A stretch of DNA of 64,000 bases, taken from NCBI GenBank assembly GCA_902493335.1, contig CABUPJ010000002.1:4074-68073 (forward strand), in the 5' to 3' direction. Position 1 is the first letter of the stretch. Each line of letters opens with the position of its first letter. Of the stretch, positions 39,989 through 49,964 are shown one piece after another. The position numbers and the translations under genes were made by a program. The notes beneath the pieces were generated by a model that had not been told where the DNA came from, made no database searches, and saw nothing but the letters and a program-made list of their open reading frames with translations. Source of the DNA: an uncultured Porphyromonadaceae bacterium (GTDB lineage: Bacteria > Bacteroidota > Bacteroidia > Bacteroidales > Muribaculaceae).

Positions 39989-41083
39989 TCAAGATACACT
40001 TCGATTATTATCGACAAATATCTCTTGCAGTCCCTCGCAGAAGGCTCTTGATGCTCGGCTACATTCACCGTAAGCGGTAGAAATACTGTACTTTGAATTA
40101 TAGAATTTACGGCTTATATCGAGTGTGGTGAGCATCATGGAGAGCCATTCCTCTCTTGTATTTTTCGGAAGCAGACGCCATAATTGGTTAATGAGATAGC
40201 ATACACGCACTTTCTCCCTCTCTTTAATCTTCAGGACAGAACCGGATGTGCGCAGATTGAGGGCATCTATAAACCGCGTGCTATTGCAATCCTCAAACTG
40301 TTGACCGTTACACAATTCATAAATCCGAATAATCAATCCGGGACTGAAGTAATCCTTTGTGGCATCTGGGGGAGTTGCATTGGGACTAAAACAATCATCC
40401 CATGACGATTCGGCACTGCATGGCTTGTCTTCCGGTGGATTGACAGACATCCATTCGTTATAGCATTTTCCAACAATCGGAAGCAGGACACGGCATTGTT
40501 CAGCGATACGGTCTAATGCCGACTTATAACATGTATCAAGAATGTTCAGATACTCGTTGAGTTTACTCTGACGGATATACAGTTCGTTCAGCTTTTCTCG
40601 CTCAACGCCAAGTCGTTCACGCCTATTGTTAAGCCGAGGAAAAAATAAGCCATCGTCTGAGGCTTTCTGTTCTAACACTGCGATTTGGGAATCAAGAGAA
40701 TCAACGATACCTTCCTGAGCTGTTATCATCTTTTCATACTCGTCCCGCTGGGATTGATAACCCTTATGGAGCGAAAACTCATTATAGAAGTAGGTCACGT
40801 TATTGAAGCCAAACAGTAATTCCTTCGGCTCCTGAGCAATGAAGGCGAGACAAGAATAGAGCGATTGTAAGTTATCGCCCATGTCTGGCATAGTCACTGA
40901 TTCCGACAGCTCTTTCTCCAGAGATTCCTTGTCTGCCAGAATATCTATGTTCTCCTTAGCCCATAGCAAACTTACTATGCGCTCCGGATGGTCATAGTGC
41001 TCGTATGAGAGGGCATCGCTCACGGGTCGCAGATAATCAATAAGACATCTGATTTGGGGCATATTTTGTTGGTTCTTCATCAT
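39989..41083 (-). CDS. Hypothetical protein (coiled-coil middle region)
   Basis: 364-aa ORF with a TATATTTG promoter element just upstream of the ATG. Confidence 0.65.
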   Translation of the reverse strand: MMKNQQNMPQIRCLIDYLRPVSDALSYEHYDHPERIVSLLWAKENIDILADKESLEKELSESVTMPDMGDNLQSLYSCLAFIAQEPKELLFGFNNVTYFYNEFSLHKGYQSQRDEYEKMITAQEGIVDSLDSQIAVLEQKASDDGLFFPRLNNRRERLGVEREKLNELYIRQSKLNEYLNILDTCYKSALDRIAEQCRVLLPIVGKCYNEWMSVNPPEDKPCSAESSWDDCFSPNATPPDATKDYFSPGLIIRIYELCNGQQFEDCNSTRFIDALNLRTSGSVLKIKEREKVRVCYLINQLWRLLPKNTREEWLSMMLTTLDISRKFYNSKYSISTAYGECSRASRAFCEGLQEIFVDNNRSVS

Positions 41084-41400
41084 CGTATTGCAAATATACC
41101 CTTATAAACGTTCATAAAGTATTAATTCACAGACCAATTAATAATCTTTATGTAATGCGCCGATATTTATAATTGGGTATCACACTGCATTTTACATGAT
41201 TAAAGATCATTTTGGGCACCATATCGATATGTTAAATCACAATTTTTAAGAATTGACCATATCGGAGGCACCACTGTTCCCGTCACATATTCCCTTACAT
41301 CTACCGCAATACAGCACATCAAAAACCGAAACTCCCAACACCGACATTCATGTTTACTAAAAAAAGGGTCAGCGGATTTTCCCGGTGGGCGGGGAAGATG

Positions 41401-42436
41401 TCAAGAGTATAGTGTTGCCAGTCTGAACATGAAGAATTTGATGTCACCTACTCCGCGGAACTGAGTTCTGAAAGCTTTGATTTTGGCATTGAAGGATTCC
41501 GCCGACGCATTGGTGAGTCTGCGTTCGAAATAGTTTATTATTGTAGTGTTGTGATTTTCGAAAGTCTCCAGTACCTTGTTAAACTCATTATTCCCGAAAG
41601 CCTCCACTTCATTGTACCATCTGGCGAGATTCAGTCTGGCGACTCCGGCTGAAGTTTTCTCGTTGAATATATCCACAAGCTTCAGGAACAGTCCGTATGC
41701 TTTTTCCAAATCGGGAAACTTTTCGAACAATATCCCGGCGCGTATTCTCTGCTGGTCATTCCATTTTGATTTGTGTCTGAGTATGATATGCCGGCTGCGC
41801 GCCATAATCTGCGGCATAGTCTCGCCATTCTCCATCCTCCATCCTCTCGGGTTCCCATTGACCGATCAGATCGCGTTCTTCTTTTGACTTTGCTTCCTTC
41901 CGCTTGTGACGATGCTCCCTGATTGCCTTGTTCTCGGCATCGAGAACTTCCCAGCGGTGTCGTATCCTCAGTTGGTCAACGGCTTCGGAAATGAGTTGCT
42001 GAACATGAAACCGGTCATTGACAAGCGATGCGCCGGGAAACACGTTTCTGACGGTAAGCATCATGGCCGAAGAAAGATCTGTCGTGACGGTTTTTACCTT
42101 AAGACGCTGTTTCAACGGGACTTTTCTCAGTATTGCCGACACTGTGTCGCTTGCCACGCCGCGAACCATCGCCGCAAGAGTCCCTTTGCCGCCATGCGCG
42201 GCTTTGTCGGTCAGTATGGTGTAGACATCGCCATTGCTCAGGCAGGTCTCGTCAAGACTCATGTCCTCCCCGAAATTTTCAGGGTACAATATGTATTCAT
42301 CGGCATGATCAAGCTGATCCCAGTCGCGGTAATCACTTATCTTCTCCTTGTACTGTTTTCGCAAAGTCTGACCGTTGAGTCCATTGCGTGCGGCAAGAGT
42401 GGATATGCTGACGGGAGTGCTTTCAATCTCCCTCTT
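41401..42436 (-). pseudogene. ISL3-family DDE transposase ORF2, frameshifted
   Basis: SLDET, TTDLS, DRFHV and TNASAESFN motifs are split across two frames by a 7-bp tandem duplication CTCCATC at 41830-41843. Confidence 0.85.
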
Positions 42437-42773
42437 TTAAAAAAGCCACGAACTCAGAGTTAAGCCGTGTGCCGTCGAACTCGGATACGTCCCATTCATA
42501 ACTGAATATCTCGCCGGTAGCTTTGTCAAGCCACTTGCGCTTCCGCACATGGAGGTATGTGGCCCGTCCACGTATCGGATAATCCTGTATCGTACGGTAA
42601 TCGCCGAATCCGTAAGAAATTATGTTTTTATTGTACTTGTCTTCGCGAAGTTGTTCTTTCTTCTCATCAAGCCATATGTCGAAGCGGGTATCGCTTTTTT
42701 CAAATCGTTCAATGTCGAAGTTGTCTATCAGGACTTCGGGTAGGATTGCTCTGAGCAGTTGGTTTGGTTTCAT
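42423..42773 (-). CDS. IS transposase N-terminal region (ORF1)
   Basis: IQDYPIRG..YLHVRKRKW, ending FVAFLKE, located inside the IS. Confidence 0.8.
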   Translation of the reverse strand: MKPNQLLRAILPEVLIDNFDIERFEKSDTRFDIWLDEKKEQLREDKYNKNIISYGFGDYRTIQDYPIRGRATYLHVRKRKWLDKATGEIFSYEWDVSEFDGTRLNSEFVAFLKEGD

Positions 42774-42855
42774 TTTACAAAGATAACACTATACTCCGAC
42801 ATCTTCCCCACCCACCGGAAAAATCCGCTGACCCTAAAAAAATAATGTCATGAAT

Positions 42856-42911
42856 ACGCACAAAAAATTACGCACGATCATCAAAAATCGTGCGTAATTT
42901 CGTGCGTAAAT
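42856..42911. repeat. Putative integrase arm-type sites (right)
   Basis: Inverted TACGCAC copies (42856-42877) followed by the 31-bp direct repeat of 20167-20197. Confidence 0.72.
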
Positions 42912-42942
42912 TTCGTAATTCGCTGATTGTCAGCGTTTATTG

Positions 42943-43029
42943 CGGAAAGACAGGGATTCGAACCCTGGGTACCCGCAAGGGTACAACGGTTTTCGAGACC
43001 GCCCCGATCGACCACTCCGGCATCTTTCC
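42943..43029 (-). tRNA. tRNA-Ser (anticodon CGA)
   Basis: GGAAAGA/TCTTTCC acceptor stem, anticodon loop CTCGAAA, long variable arm, GGTTCGAATCC T-arm and G discriminator. Confidence 0.97.
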
Positions 43030-43174
43030 TTTATGTGGTGTTTCGTTTCCGTGTGCAAAGGTACACATTGTTTTGTTTTCTGTCAAATTTTTTTGAATGT
43101 TTTGACGAAAGTTTTTCCAACCGGCTTTATTTCAAGCATTTTTATCGCCCTGCCAGGTGCTAAGACAAGGACAT

Positions 43175-43240
43175 AAAAAAAATTACTCGTCATCACGACG
43201 AATAATCTTCTTACCTTAAATCTAATACCATGAAAAACTG
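43175..43240 (-). ncRNA. Candidate small RNA (~65 nt)
   Basis: Perfect TAACTTTG -7 element (43251-43244), body GTTTTTCATGGTATTAGATTTAAGG, and terminator ATTATTCGTC-gtga-tGACGAGTAAT plus a U-tract. Confidence 0.6.
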
Positions 43241-43333
43241 ATGCAAAGTTAATGGTTTTATGTTATGCAACATAATTTTCGGGCAAGAAAATCAATTACA
43301 TTAACTTTAATTAACAACAGACATTTTCTTAAT

Positions 43334-43368
43334 AAAAAACCCCGGGATATCTCAGCGATAGCCCGGGG
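43334..43368 (-). terminator. Terminator of the nuo-atp unit
   Basis: CCCCGGGCTATC / GATATCCCGGGG stem followed by TTTTTT on the minus strand, 28 bp after the nuoN stop. Confidence 0.75.
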
Positions 43369-43395
43369 CAAAAAATGTGAATTATGTTATCAACA

Positions 43396-44868
43396 TCAGT
43401 TGATGAAGTATGCGCTTAAATCGCTGACCGATGTGATGTCGAGGAGGCCGCTGTAGACGCAGCTGACGATACCGAGCAGCAAGATACCGCCGACAGTTAT
43501 CCACAAACCGAGGCGTTCTGAACAAGTCGAACGGAATGTCTCAATCTGACATTTATCCTCGCTGATATACATGGCCTTGACAACAAGGAGGTAGTAATAG
43601 AGCGAGATGATTGTGTTGATAAGGGCGATGAGCACGAGAACATAGATGGCTATCGAACCCTGATTAATGGCGCCGGTAAAGATAAAGAACTTTGAGAAGA
43701 AGCCTGCGAAGGGGGGAATACCGGCAAGCGAGAACATTGCAAGCATCATCGCGAAAGACAACTTGGGATTTGTTTTGCTGAGTCCGCGATAATCGTCCAT
43801 CGAGACTTTGCCGCTGGCATTCTCGATAGCACCGATGACACCAAAGGCGGCAAGGTTAGAGAAGATGTAGACGAGTATGTAGTAAATCATGGCGGCGACG
43901 CCCATTGTGTTGTGGGCGATGATGCCGAGCATGATATAACCTGCCTGCGAGACTGACGAGAAAGCGAGGAATCGCTTCATGTTGCGCTGACGGATGGCAA
44001 AGAGGTTGCCGACTGTAATTGTCAGAATTATCAGCGCATAAAGCATCCACTCCCACACCGACGAATAAACGGCGCCGAAGACCTGCGCGAGGATTACCAT
44101 GAAAGCGAAGGCAGCGGCTCCTTTAGAGATGACCGAGAGATAGGATGTGACGGATGTCGGTGCACCCTGATAAACATCGGCAGTCCAAAGGTGGAAGGGT
44201 ACGAGCGACAGCTTGAAACCGACTCCCGCGATGACAAAGGCGACGGCAATGACAAGCAGCGTCGATTCGCCGGCTGAAAGAGCGTAATAGATATTCTCGA
44301 AATAGAGCGAGCCGGCGATGCCGTAGACAAATGAGAGACCCATCAGGAAGACTGCCGACGAGAAGACTGCCGTAAGGATATATTTGACGGCGGCCTCGTG
44401 GCTTTCGTAACGGTTTTTGTCGAGAGCGACCATGGCTGCAAGAGGCAGCGAAGCGGCTTCGAGACCGATGACGAAGAGGAGGAAGTGACGGGCTGAAATC
44501 ATCAGATACATACCGAAGAGTGTGACGAGGAGGAGCTCATAGAACTCACCGCGACGGTGTTCCATCGGCTGGCTGTTGGCCCAGGTCACAGACTGGATGA
44601 GGACGATGATGACACCGATGTTGAGGACATTCTTGATGGCGGCGACGACGGCGTTTGTCTCATACATGCCGGCGAAAGCGAGCGACGAGGCGCTTGCCGA
44701 GGGGCAGACGATGCCACAGACCGTGACGGCAAACATAAGGAGCGCAGCAAAGACAGGCAGCTTGCCGTATGAGGCCCTGGGCATAAACGTATCATAAAGG
44801 AAGACTAACAGGAATACGATTAACAATCCTATTTCTTGCTTCATTGCTAAAAATTGCGAGTAATCCAT
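43396..44868 (-). CDS. nuoN: Complex I subunit N
   Basis: EAAVKY and GFKLSLVPFHLWTADVYQGAP motifs; polytopic membrane protein. Confidence 0.93.
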   Translation of the reverse strand: MDYSQFLAMKQEIGLLIVFLLVFLYDTFMPRASYGKLPVFAALLMFAVTVCGIVCPSASASSLAFAGMYETNAVVAAIKNVLNIGVIIVLIQSVTWANSQPMEHRRGEFYELLLVTLFGMYLMISARHFLLFVIGLEAASLPLAAMVALDKNRYESHEAAVKYILTAVFSSAVFLMGLSFVYGIAGSLYFENIYYALSAGESTLLVIAVAFVIAGVGFKLSLVPFHLWTADVYQGAPTSVTSYLSVISKGAAAFAFMVILAQVFGAVYSSVWEWMLYALIILTITVGNLFAIRQRNMKRFLAFSSVSQAGYIMLGIIAHNTMGVAAMIYYILVYIFSNLAAFGVIGAIENASGKVSMDDYRGLSKTNPKLSFAMMLAMFSLAGIPPFAGFFSKFFIFTGAINQGSIAIYVLVLIALINTIISLYYYLLVVKAMYISEDKCQIETFRSTCSERLGLWITVGGILLLGIVSCVYSGLLDITSVSDLSAYFIN

Positions 44869-44883
44869 TTCTATTAATCCTTA

Positions 44884-46413
44884 TTAGTTAAGACCAAGCA
44901 CCTTGAAGATCTCGGGGCTGAAGGTGAAATTAATCAAGTTGTTGAAGAAATTGGGGAAACAGCCGATTGCTGCGACGCAGACGATGAGGGTCGCAGTCGA
45001 GAGGCGCTCCCACCATGTAGCGTCGGTGAGCTCACGATGATGCTCGTTGTGAACCGGACCGAAGAGCAGTTTGCCGACGACACGGAGAATATAGACTGCC
45101 GTGATGACAATCGAACAGCAGGCTATTATCGTAAAGACGAGACGAAGCGAGCCGTGGCCTGCGAGATAGTCGGTCATACCCTGCTGGAACGAACCGACGA
45201 AGATTGTCATCTCGGCGACGAAACCGCTGAGACCGGGGAGGCCGAGCGACGCCATACCGGCGATAACGTAGCAGACCGAGAGGTATGGCATAATCTGCAT
45301 CATGCCGCCCATCTCACGGATGTCACGTGTGTGGGTGCGGCCGTAAATCATACCGATGAGGGCGAAGAAGAGGGCCGTCATAAGACCGTGAGAAAGCATC
45401 TGCATGATCGCGCCGGTCATCGCGGTGGTGTTGAGCATGAGGATGGCGAAGAGCACGAGACCGCAGTGTGACACCGACGAATAAGCGTTGATATACTTGA
45501 GGTCGGTCTGGACACATGCGCTGAAGGCACCGTAGACGACCGAGATTCCTGTTAGGATAAGGAATATCCACGCGAGGTCATTGGCAGCCTGAGGCATCAG
45601 GTAGATGGCGACACGGAAGCAACCGTAACCGCCGAGTTTCATGAGGACGCCGGCATGAAGCATCGAGACTGCCGTGGGGGCAGAGGCATGACCGTCGGGC
45701 GACCATGTGTGGAAGGGGAACATGGCGCCGAGGACACCGAAACCGACGAATGTCATCGGGAAAAGGAAGTACTGCCAGCCTTTGTCAATTGAGGCATTGC
45801 GGGCGATGTCAAGGATATTCCAGGTCAGCGACGAGCTGTCGGCCGACGAATGGTAGTAGATGCCGATAAGGCCGAGCATCAGGAATGCCGAGCCGCCCAT
45901 GAGCATCAGAGTCAGCTTCATCGCCGAATAGTTCTTGCGACCCGAGCCCCAGACGCCGATGAGAAGGTACATCGGGATAAGGGCGACCTCATAGAACATG
46001 AACATGGTGAAGAGGTCAATCGAGATGAAGAAGCCGAAGACACCGGTCGAAAGCAATATCAGCCAAAGGAAGAATGCCTTGGGCTGGGGAATCTGCCAGG
46101 AGGCGAAAGAACCTGCGAAAACGATTATCGACGACAGCAAAAGCATAGCTATCGAAATGCCGTCAACACCGACGGCGAGATTAATATGGAGTGGCGCGAA
46201 CCAGGTCCACGAACCTGTGAAGAGCATCGGCTCTTCATTGCCGGCGGCTCTGAGCGCCAGATACTCGAGCAGGACGTAGGTCGACAGGCCGATAAGCGCG
46301 AGCGAGCCGACAACGGCAACGGCGCGTATCTGCTTGATGTTCCTGCATAGGGCGAGGCCGCCGAGCATTATCAGCGGTATCACCACGAAGTAAATCAGTA
46401 TATTGGAAAACAT
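44884..46413 (-). CDS. nuoM: Complex I subunit M
   Basis: GVDGIS, PFHTWSPDGH, AGVLMKLG, AYSSVSH, SGFVAE. Confidence 0.93.
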   Translation of the reverse strand: MFSNILIYFVVIPLIMLGGLALCRNIKQIRAVAVVGSLALIGLSTYVLLEYLALRAAGNEEPMLFTGSWTWFAPLHINLAVGVDGISIAMLLLSSIIVFAGSFASWQIPQPKAFFLWLILLSTGVFGFFISIDLFTMFMFYEVALIPMYLLIGVWGSGRKNYSAMKLTLMLMGGSAFLMLGLIGIYYHSSADSSSLTWNILDIARNASIDKGWQYFLFPMTFVGFGVLGAMFPFHTWSPDGHASAPTAVSMLHAGVLMKLGGYGCFRVAIYLMPQAANDLAWIFLILTGISVVYGAFSACVQTDLKYINAYSSVSHCGLVLFAILMLNTTAMTGAIMQMLSHGLMTALFFALIGMIYGRTHTRDIREMGGMMQIMPYLSVCYVIAGMASLGLPGLSGFVAEMTIFVGSFQQGMTDYLAGHGSLRLVFTIIACCSIVITAVYILRVVGKLLFGPVHNEHHRELTDATWWERLSTATLIVCVAAIGCFPNFFNNLINFTFSPEIFKVLGLN

Positions 46414-46449
46414 TATAATTACTATATTAAATGATTATCACCCGGTTTA

Positions 46450-48459
46450 TTACAAGAGGCAGACCACTGTGACACCTCCGAGGAGCAGAGCACCGATGAG
46501 GTAGATCCATACATAATACTGAATCTGGCCCGACTGCAAGGGACGGATAAATTCCGAAGCCTTATTTGTCATTGTAGCAAATGAGTCCATCGTGCCGTCG
46601 ATGATGTGACGGTCAAACCACGCGATGGGACGGCTGACACAGTTGAATATGATTTTGTGGGTAATGAACTGGTAAAGTTCGTCCCAGTAGAATCTGTGGT
46701 GACACCAGCGCCAGAGATTGGGCAGCGCGTTTTTGAATTTTTCGGGGAGACTGTTTTCTTTTCTATACATTACCGTAGCAAGCGCGATGGCGATGATAGC
46801 CACTGCGAGGCTGACAGAAGCGACAGACCAGTCGAAATGAGCCATGAAGTCATAGGGCTCGCCGTTCCATGTGACGAATTTGCCGAAAGGAATGAAGCCT
46901 GCGACACAGCTGATGGCGGCGAGGATAATAAGAGGCAGCGACATAGTCCAGGGCTGGTCGTGAGGTGCGTGATGGCCTTCGGGAGTCTTGTGTTCTTTCC
47001 ACCAGAAGATGAGATAGTAGAGACGGAACATATAGAAGGCGGTAAGGCCGGCGACAAGCGACATCCAGACGTATGCGACCCAACTGTAACCGAGGCAAGA
47101 GCTCAGGATTTCGTCTTTTGAGAAGAAGCCCGAGAAAGGAATGATGCCGGCGATAGCGAGACAGCCGATGAGGAATGTCCAGTGAGTGATCGGCATATAT
47201 TTGCGGAGGCCGTGCATGGCGGTGTAGTCGTTAGAACCGATAGCATGTATGAGAGCGCCGGCACCAAGGAAGAGCAGCGCCTTGAACATGGCGTGGGTGA
47301 AGAGATGGAACATCGAGGCCATATAGCCGAGACCTTCGTGGAAATCGGGACGGGCGACACCGAGCGACACCATCATGAAAGCTATCTGCGAGATGGTCGA
47401 GAAAGCAAGCACTCGTTTGATGTCGATCTGCGTGCAGGCGACCATAGCGGCGTAGAAGGCTGTAAGAGCACCGACAACAGTGACGATGTCGAGCGCCGAT
47501 TCCTCCATCAGATACAGCGGGAAAAGACGGGCGACGAGATAGACACCGGCAACGACCATGGTAGCGGCATGGATGAGAGCCGAAACGGGGGTCGGGCCTT
47601 CCATGGCATCGGGCAGCCAGATATGGAGCGGCATCATGGCCGATTTACCCATACCGCCCATGAAGATGAGGACGAGGGCCCAGGTCATGACCGAAGCGCC
47701 CATGAATGTCGAGGCGGCCGCGCTGTCAAAAATACCCTTGACGTTAATGGCTGTCTGTTCGCTGACCTGATATACATCGGCCATACCGTCGACAGGAATC
47801 GATGTAAGAGCCGTGAAGTCGAATGTACCGGTATAATAAGAGAGGATAAGGATACCGACAAGGAAGCCGAGGTCGGCGAAACGGGTGACGATAAACGCTT
47901 TCTTCGATGCCGAGACGGCAGAGGGCTTCGTATAGTAGAAACCGATGAGCAGGTATGACGAAGCGCCGACGAGCTCCCAGAAGATATACATCTGGAAGAT
48001 GTTGGTGGCGACGACAAGACCGAGCATCGAGAAGCTGAAGAGCGACAGGAAAGCGTAGAAACGCTGGAAGCCGCGCTCGTAGACACCATGATGGTCGCGC
48101 ATGTAGCCGAGGCTGTAGAGGTGGACCATAAACGAGATTGTGGTGATGACCACGAGCATCATCGCAGAGATGGGATCGAGCAGGAATCCGAGTTTGATGA
48201 CAAGCTTGTCGGTGAAGGCGAGCCAGGTCTGGTTGAAGATTACAGCCTGGAGGCGTTCGCCGGCAGCATTGACAAACTCAGACGAGCCGCTGAAGAAATA
48301 GGTGAATGCAGTTGTATAGGCAAGCACAAGGACTGTGCCCATGCCGAGAGTGCCCAACGTACCGGCAAGCTTATGACTCATCTTCCCGCCCAGAAGGCCC
48401 AGGAAGAGGAACATAAACAGCGGTATCGTCAAAATTAACAATGGTAAGGTAGAATCCAT
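46450..48459 (-). CDS. nuoL: Complex I subunit L
   Basis: GKSAMMPLHIWLPDAMEGPTPVSALIHAATMV, THAMFKALLF, FFSKDEI. Confidence 0.95.
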   Translation of the reverse strand: MDSTLPLLILTIPLFMFLFLGLLGGKMSHKLAGTLGTLGMGTVLVLAYTTAFTYFFSGSSEFVNAAGERLQAVIFNQTWLAFTDKLVIKLGFLLDPISAMMLVVITTISFMVHLYSLGYMRDHHGVYERGFQRFYAFLSLFSFSMLGLVVATNIFQMYIFWELVGASSYLLIGFYYTKPSAVSASKKAFIVTRFADLGFLVGILILSYYTGTFDFTALTSIPVDGMADVYQVSEQTAINVKGIFDSAAASTFMGASVMTWALVLIFMGGMGKSAMMPLHIWLPDAMEGPTPVSALIHAATMVVAGVYLVARLFPLYLMEESALDIVTVVGALTAFYAAMVACTQIDIKRVLAFSTISQIAFMMVSLGVARPDFHEGLGYMASMFHLFTHAMFKALLFLGAGALIHAIGSNDYTAMHGLRKYMPITHWTFLIGCLAIAGIIPFSGFFSKDEILSSCLGYSWVAYVWMSLVAGLTAFYMFRLYYLIFWWKEHKTPEGHHAPHDQPWTMSLPLIILAAISCVAGFIPFGKFVTWNGEPYDFMAHFDWSVASVSLAVAIIAIALATVMYRKENSLPEKFKNALPNLWRWCHHRFYWDELYQFITHKIIFNCVSRPIAWFDRHIIDGTMDSFATMTNKASEFIRPLQSGQIQYYVWIYLIGALLLGGVTVVCLL

Positions 48460-48464
48460 GATGC

Positions 48465-48788
48465 TTAGAATTTCATTTCGTTCAGACCGCGGACGTCGAC
48501 ATTGCGGGTCGAGCGGAAGATGTTAATAATAATCGCGATAGCGACTGCTGTTTCGGCGGCTGCGATAGCAATGGCGAAGAGCGTGAAGAACATGCCTTCC
48601 ATCTGCTCGGGGAAGAGGAAACGGTTGAACACCACGAAATTGACATCGACGGCGTTAAGCATGAGTTCGAGCGAGATGAGCATTGCAATCATATTACGGC
48701 GAGTGATGAATCCATAAACGCCGCAGCAGAACATTATGAGACTTGGTATAAGATAATAGATAGCTGTGATTTCCATAATTCCAATCAA
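48465..48788 (-). CDS. nuoK: Complex I subunit K
   Basis: RRN..MLISLELMLN, AAAETAVA. Confidence 0.93.
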   Translation of the reverse strand: MIGIMEITAIYYLIPSLIMFCCGVYGFITRRNMIAMLISLELMLNAVDVNFVVFNRFLFPEQMEGMFFTLFAIAIAAAETAVAIAIIINIFRSTRNVDVRGLNEMKF

Positions 48789-49297
48789 CGTTTACGGGCG
48801 ATCACGACGCCACCGATTATACATGCGAGTAATAAGACACTGACAGCTTCGAAGGGAAGGAGATACTGACCGGCACCTGTGCCCATGAGTGTCTCGCCAA
48901 TGCGGTCCATCGTGGGGGCTTCCATGTCGGGACGCGCCTCAAAGAGATTGCAGCGTGTCAACAGAGCATAGCCTGAAACGAGGAGCATGGCAAGCGAACC
49001 GATGAGTCCGAGCGCCTTAGACTTCGAAGTAAGTTTCTCAGAGTTGTCGCCGGGCTTGCTTGTAAGCAGGATGGCGAAGACAAACAGCACGACTATACCG
49101 CCGGCATAGACTGCGATCTGGACAGCGCCCAGAAATTCGTAGTCAAGCATGAAATAGACGGCGGCGGCGGCAAAAAGCGTGAACAGCAGATATGTCGCCG
49201 CTCTTAGAATCTTGCGCGTCGTGACTGCAAGTACCGAGAATACAATCATCGCCAGGGCGACGACTACATAGCAAATGATACTTCCTAATGATTCCAT
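48785..49297 (-). CDS. nuoJ: Complex I subunit J
   Basis: QIAVYAGGIVVLFVF, PFEAVSVLLL. Confidence 0.92.
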   Translation of the reverse strand: MESLGSIICYVVVALAMIVFSVLAVTTRKILRAATYLLFTLFAAAAVYFMLDYEFLGAVQIAVYAGGIVVLFVFAILLTSKPGDNSEKLTSKSKALGLIGSLAMLLVSGYALLTRCNLFEARPDMEAPTMDRIGETLMGTGAGQYLLPFEAVSVLLLACIIGGVVIARKR

Positions 49298-49316
49298 ATT
49301 TGGTTTTTAGTGATTA

Positions 49317-49916
49317 TTATTCTTTGGGAGTCTGGGCGTCGCCTGCAGCGGCAGCCTCACGGGCGGCTTTGGCGGCTGCAGCCTTGGCTTTGGCGGCTGC
49401 TATCTTGGCTTCGCGCTCGGCTGCGGCCTTGGCGAGTTCCTCGGGCGTCGGAGCGGGTTCTTCTTTTTCGGGGAGATAGTTGAGTTTCTTGACGAGTTTG
49501 TCGCGTGTGAAGACAGCCTGCTCGAAATCATTGGAGAACTCGAGCGCACCCGTAGGACATGATGTGACGCAGAGCTGACAGAATGTGCAGCTGCCGAGGT
49601 CATAGAAATATTTGTCAAGTTTTTTCTTTTTTGTGCCGGCAGGAGTGTCGACCATCTTGGTCTCGAGAGCGATAGTGCCGTTGGGGCAATTGCGCTCGCA
49701 TGTGCCGCAGGCGATACACTTGTGGTTGCCTTCGCTGTCATAGATAAGCTTTAGCTCGGCTCTGAAACGCTCGGGCACGTGATGTGTCTCGCGGTTTTCG
49801 GGATATCGCTCGGTGATTTTAGGCGTGACAAATTCCTTGCCTGTGACCTGCATGCCTTTGAGAAGGCTTGCGATGCCCGAGCCTAACGATGAAAAATAAT
49901 CTTTTACACTACCCAT
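49317..49916 (-). CDS. nuoI: Complex I subunit I (2x[4Fe-4S]) with Ala/Lys-rich tail
   Basis: CIACGTCERNCP and CTFCQLCVTSCP. Confidence 0.9.
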   Translation of the reverse strand: MGSVKDYFSSLGSGIASLLKGMQVTGKEFVTPKITERYPENRETHHVPERFRAELKLIYDSEGNHKCIACGTCERNCPNGTIALETKMVDTPAGTKKKKLDKYFYDLGSCTFCQLCVTSCPTGALEFSNDFEQAVFTRDKLVKKLNYLPEKEEPAPTPEELAKAAAEREAKIAAAKAKAAAAKAAREAAAAGDAQTPKE

Positions 49917-49964
49917 TGAAAATATGGTCTATAAAGTTTTACTATTATATATTTCACTTTACCG

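Larger units (their letters stand above)
41366..42834 (-). mobile_element. ISL3-family (ISAon1-like) insertion sequence, 1469 bp
   Basis: 37-bp imperfect terminal inverted repeats starting GGGTCAGCGGATTTT, and an 8-bp target duplication TAAAAAAA at 41358-41365 and 42835-42842. Confidence 0.92.
20043..42958. mobile_element. Integrative mobilizable element (~22.9 kb) in tRNA-Ser(CGA)
   Basis: 17-bp direct repeats at both ends, an integrase next to one end, DUF3853, Rep-like and MobV relaxase genes, no T4SS genes, and lower GC than the flanks. Confidence 0.9.

Noticed and set aside
49317..49460. Repetitive GCC/GCA-rich DNA
   Set aside because: Simply encodes the low-complexity Ala/Lys tail of NuoI
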